NCBI GenBank assembly: GCA_038087875.1
Contig: CM075989.1
Coordinates: 4,588,001-4,652,000 of the forward strand
Source: Malacoraja senta
Taxonomy: Eukaryota
Length of the DNA: 64,000 nucleotides
Direction of reading: 5' to 3'
Below the pieces are notes generated by a model, which was not told where the DNA came from, searched no databases, and was given only the letters and a program-made list of their open reading frames with translations. Each line of letters opens with the position of its first letter. The stretch's first letter is position 1. The position numbers and the translations under genes are program-made. Positions 63,576 through 64,000 of this stretch are shown piece after piece.

Positions 63576-64000
63576 ACAATAGACAATAGACAATAGGTGC
63601 AGGAGTAGGCCATTCGGCCCTTTGAGCCAGCACCGCCATTCAATGTGATCATGGCTGATCATCCCCAATCAGTACCCCGTTCCTGCCTTCTCCCCATATC
63701 CCCTGATTCCGCTATCTTTAAGAGCCCTATCTAGCTCTCTCTTGAAAGTATCCAGAGAACCTGCCTTCACCGCCCTCTGAGGCAGAGAATTCCACAGACT
63801 CACAACTCTCTGTGAGAAAAAGTGTTTCCTTGTCTCAGTTCTAAATGGCTTACTCCTTATTCTTAAACTGTGGCCCCTGGTTCTGGACTCCCCCAACATC
63901 GGGAACATGTTTCCTGCCTCTAGCGTGTCCAAACCCTTAACAATCTTATACGTTTCAATAAGATCCCCTCTCATCCTTCTAAACTCCAGAGTATGCATGC
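63576..64000 (-). mobile_element. CR1 LINE 3' fragment in rhcg intron 3 (runs off window)
   Basis: LEFRRMRGDLIETYKIVKG...GYGEKAGTGY*; (ctattgt)n tail. Confidence 0.9.

Overview
Repeat-dense eukaryotic genomic DNA from a cartilaginous fish, probably a skate or ray (inferred from HE1-type V-SINEs and their CR1/HER1-type partner LINEs). The only host gene I can support is the 3' part of an Rh-family ammonia channel, rhcg. It lies on the minus strand: coding exons 4-10 at 63259-48590, all GT-AG and in frame, plus a probable non-coding last exon. Most of the rest is transposable-element DNA: about 25 HE1-like SINEs; CR1, L2, Rex1, RTE and L1 fragments, including a young L1 with a 16-bp TSD; about 50 short Penelope-derived elements; and nine PIF/Harbinger-like MITEs. 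There is a 200-N gap at 31565-31764. Two systems stand out. (1) A high-copy non-autonomous Penelope-derived retroposon carries a minimal hammerhead-ribozyme core (CUGAAGA-A-stemII-GAAACGUH) and often inserts as head-to-head palindromes with 10-16-bp TSDs. (2) A set of MITEs shares one terminal motif, a 3-bp TWA target and a central palindrome but has about five different internal sequences. Repeat coordinates were read by eye and are approximate; no database searches were run.
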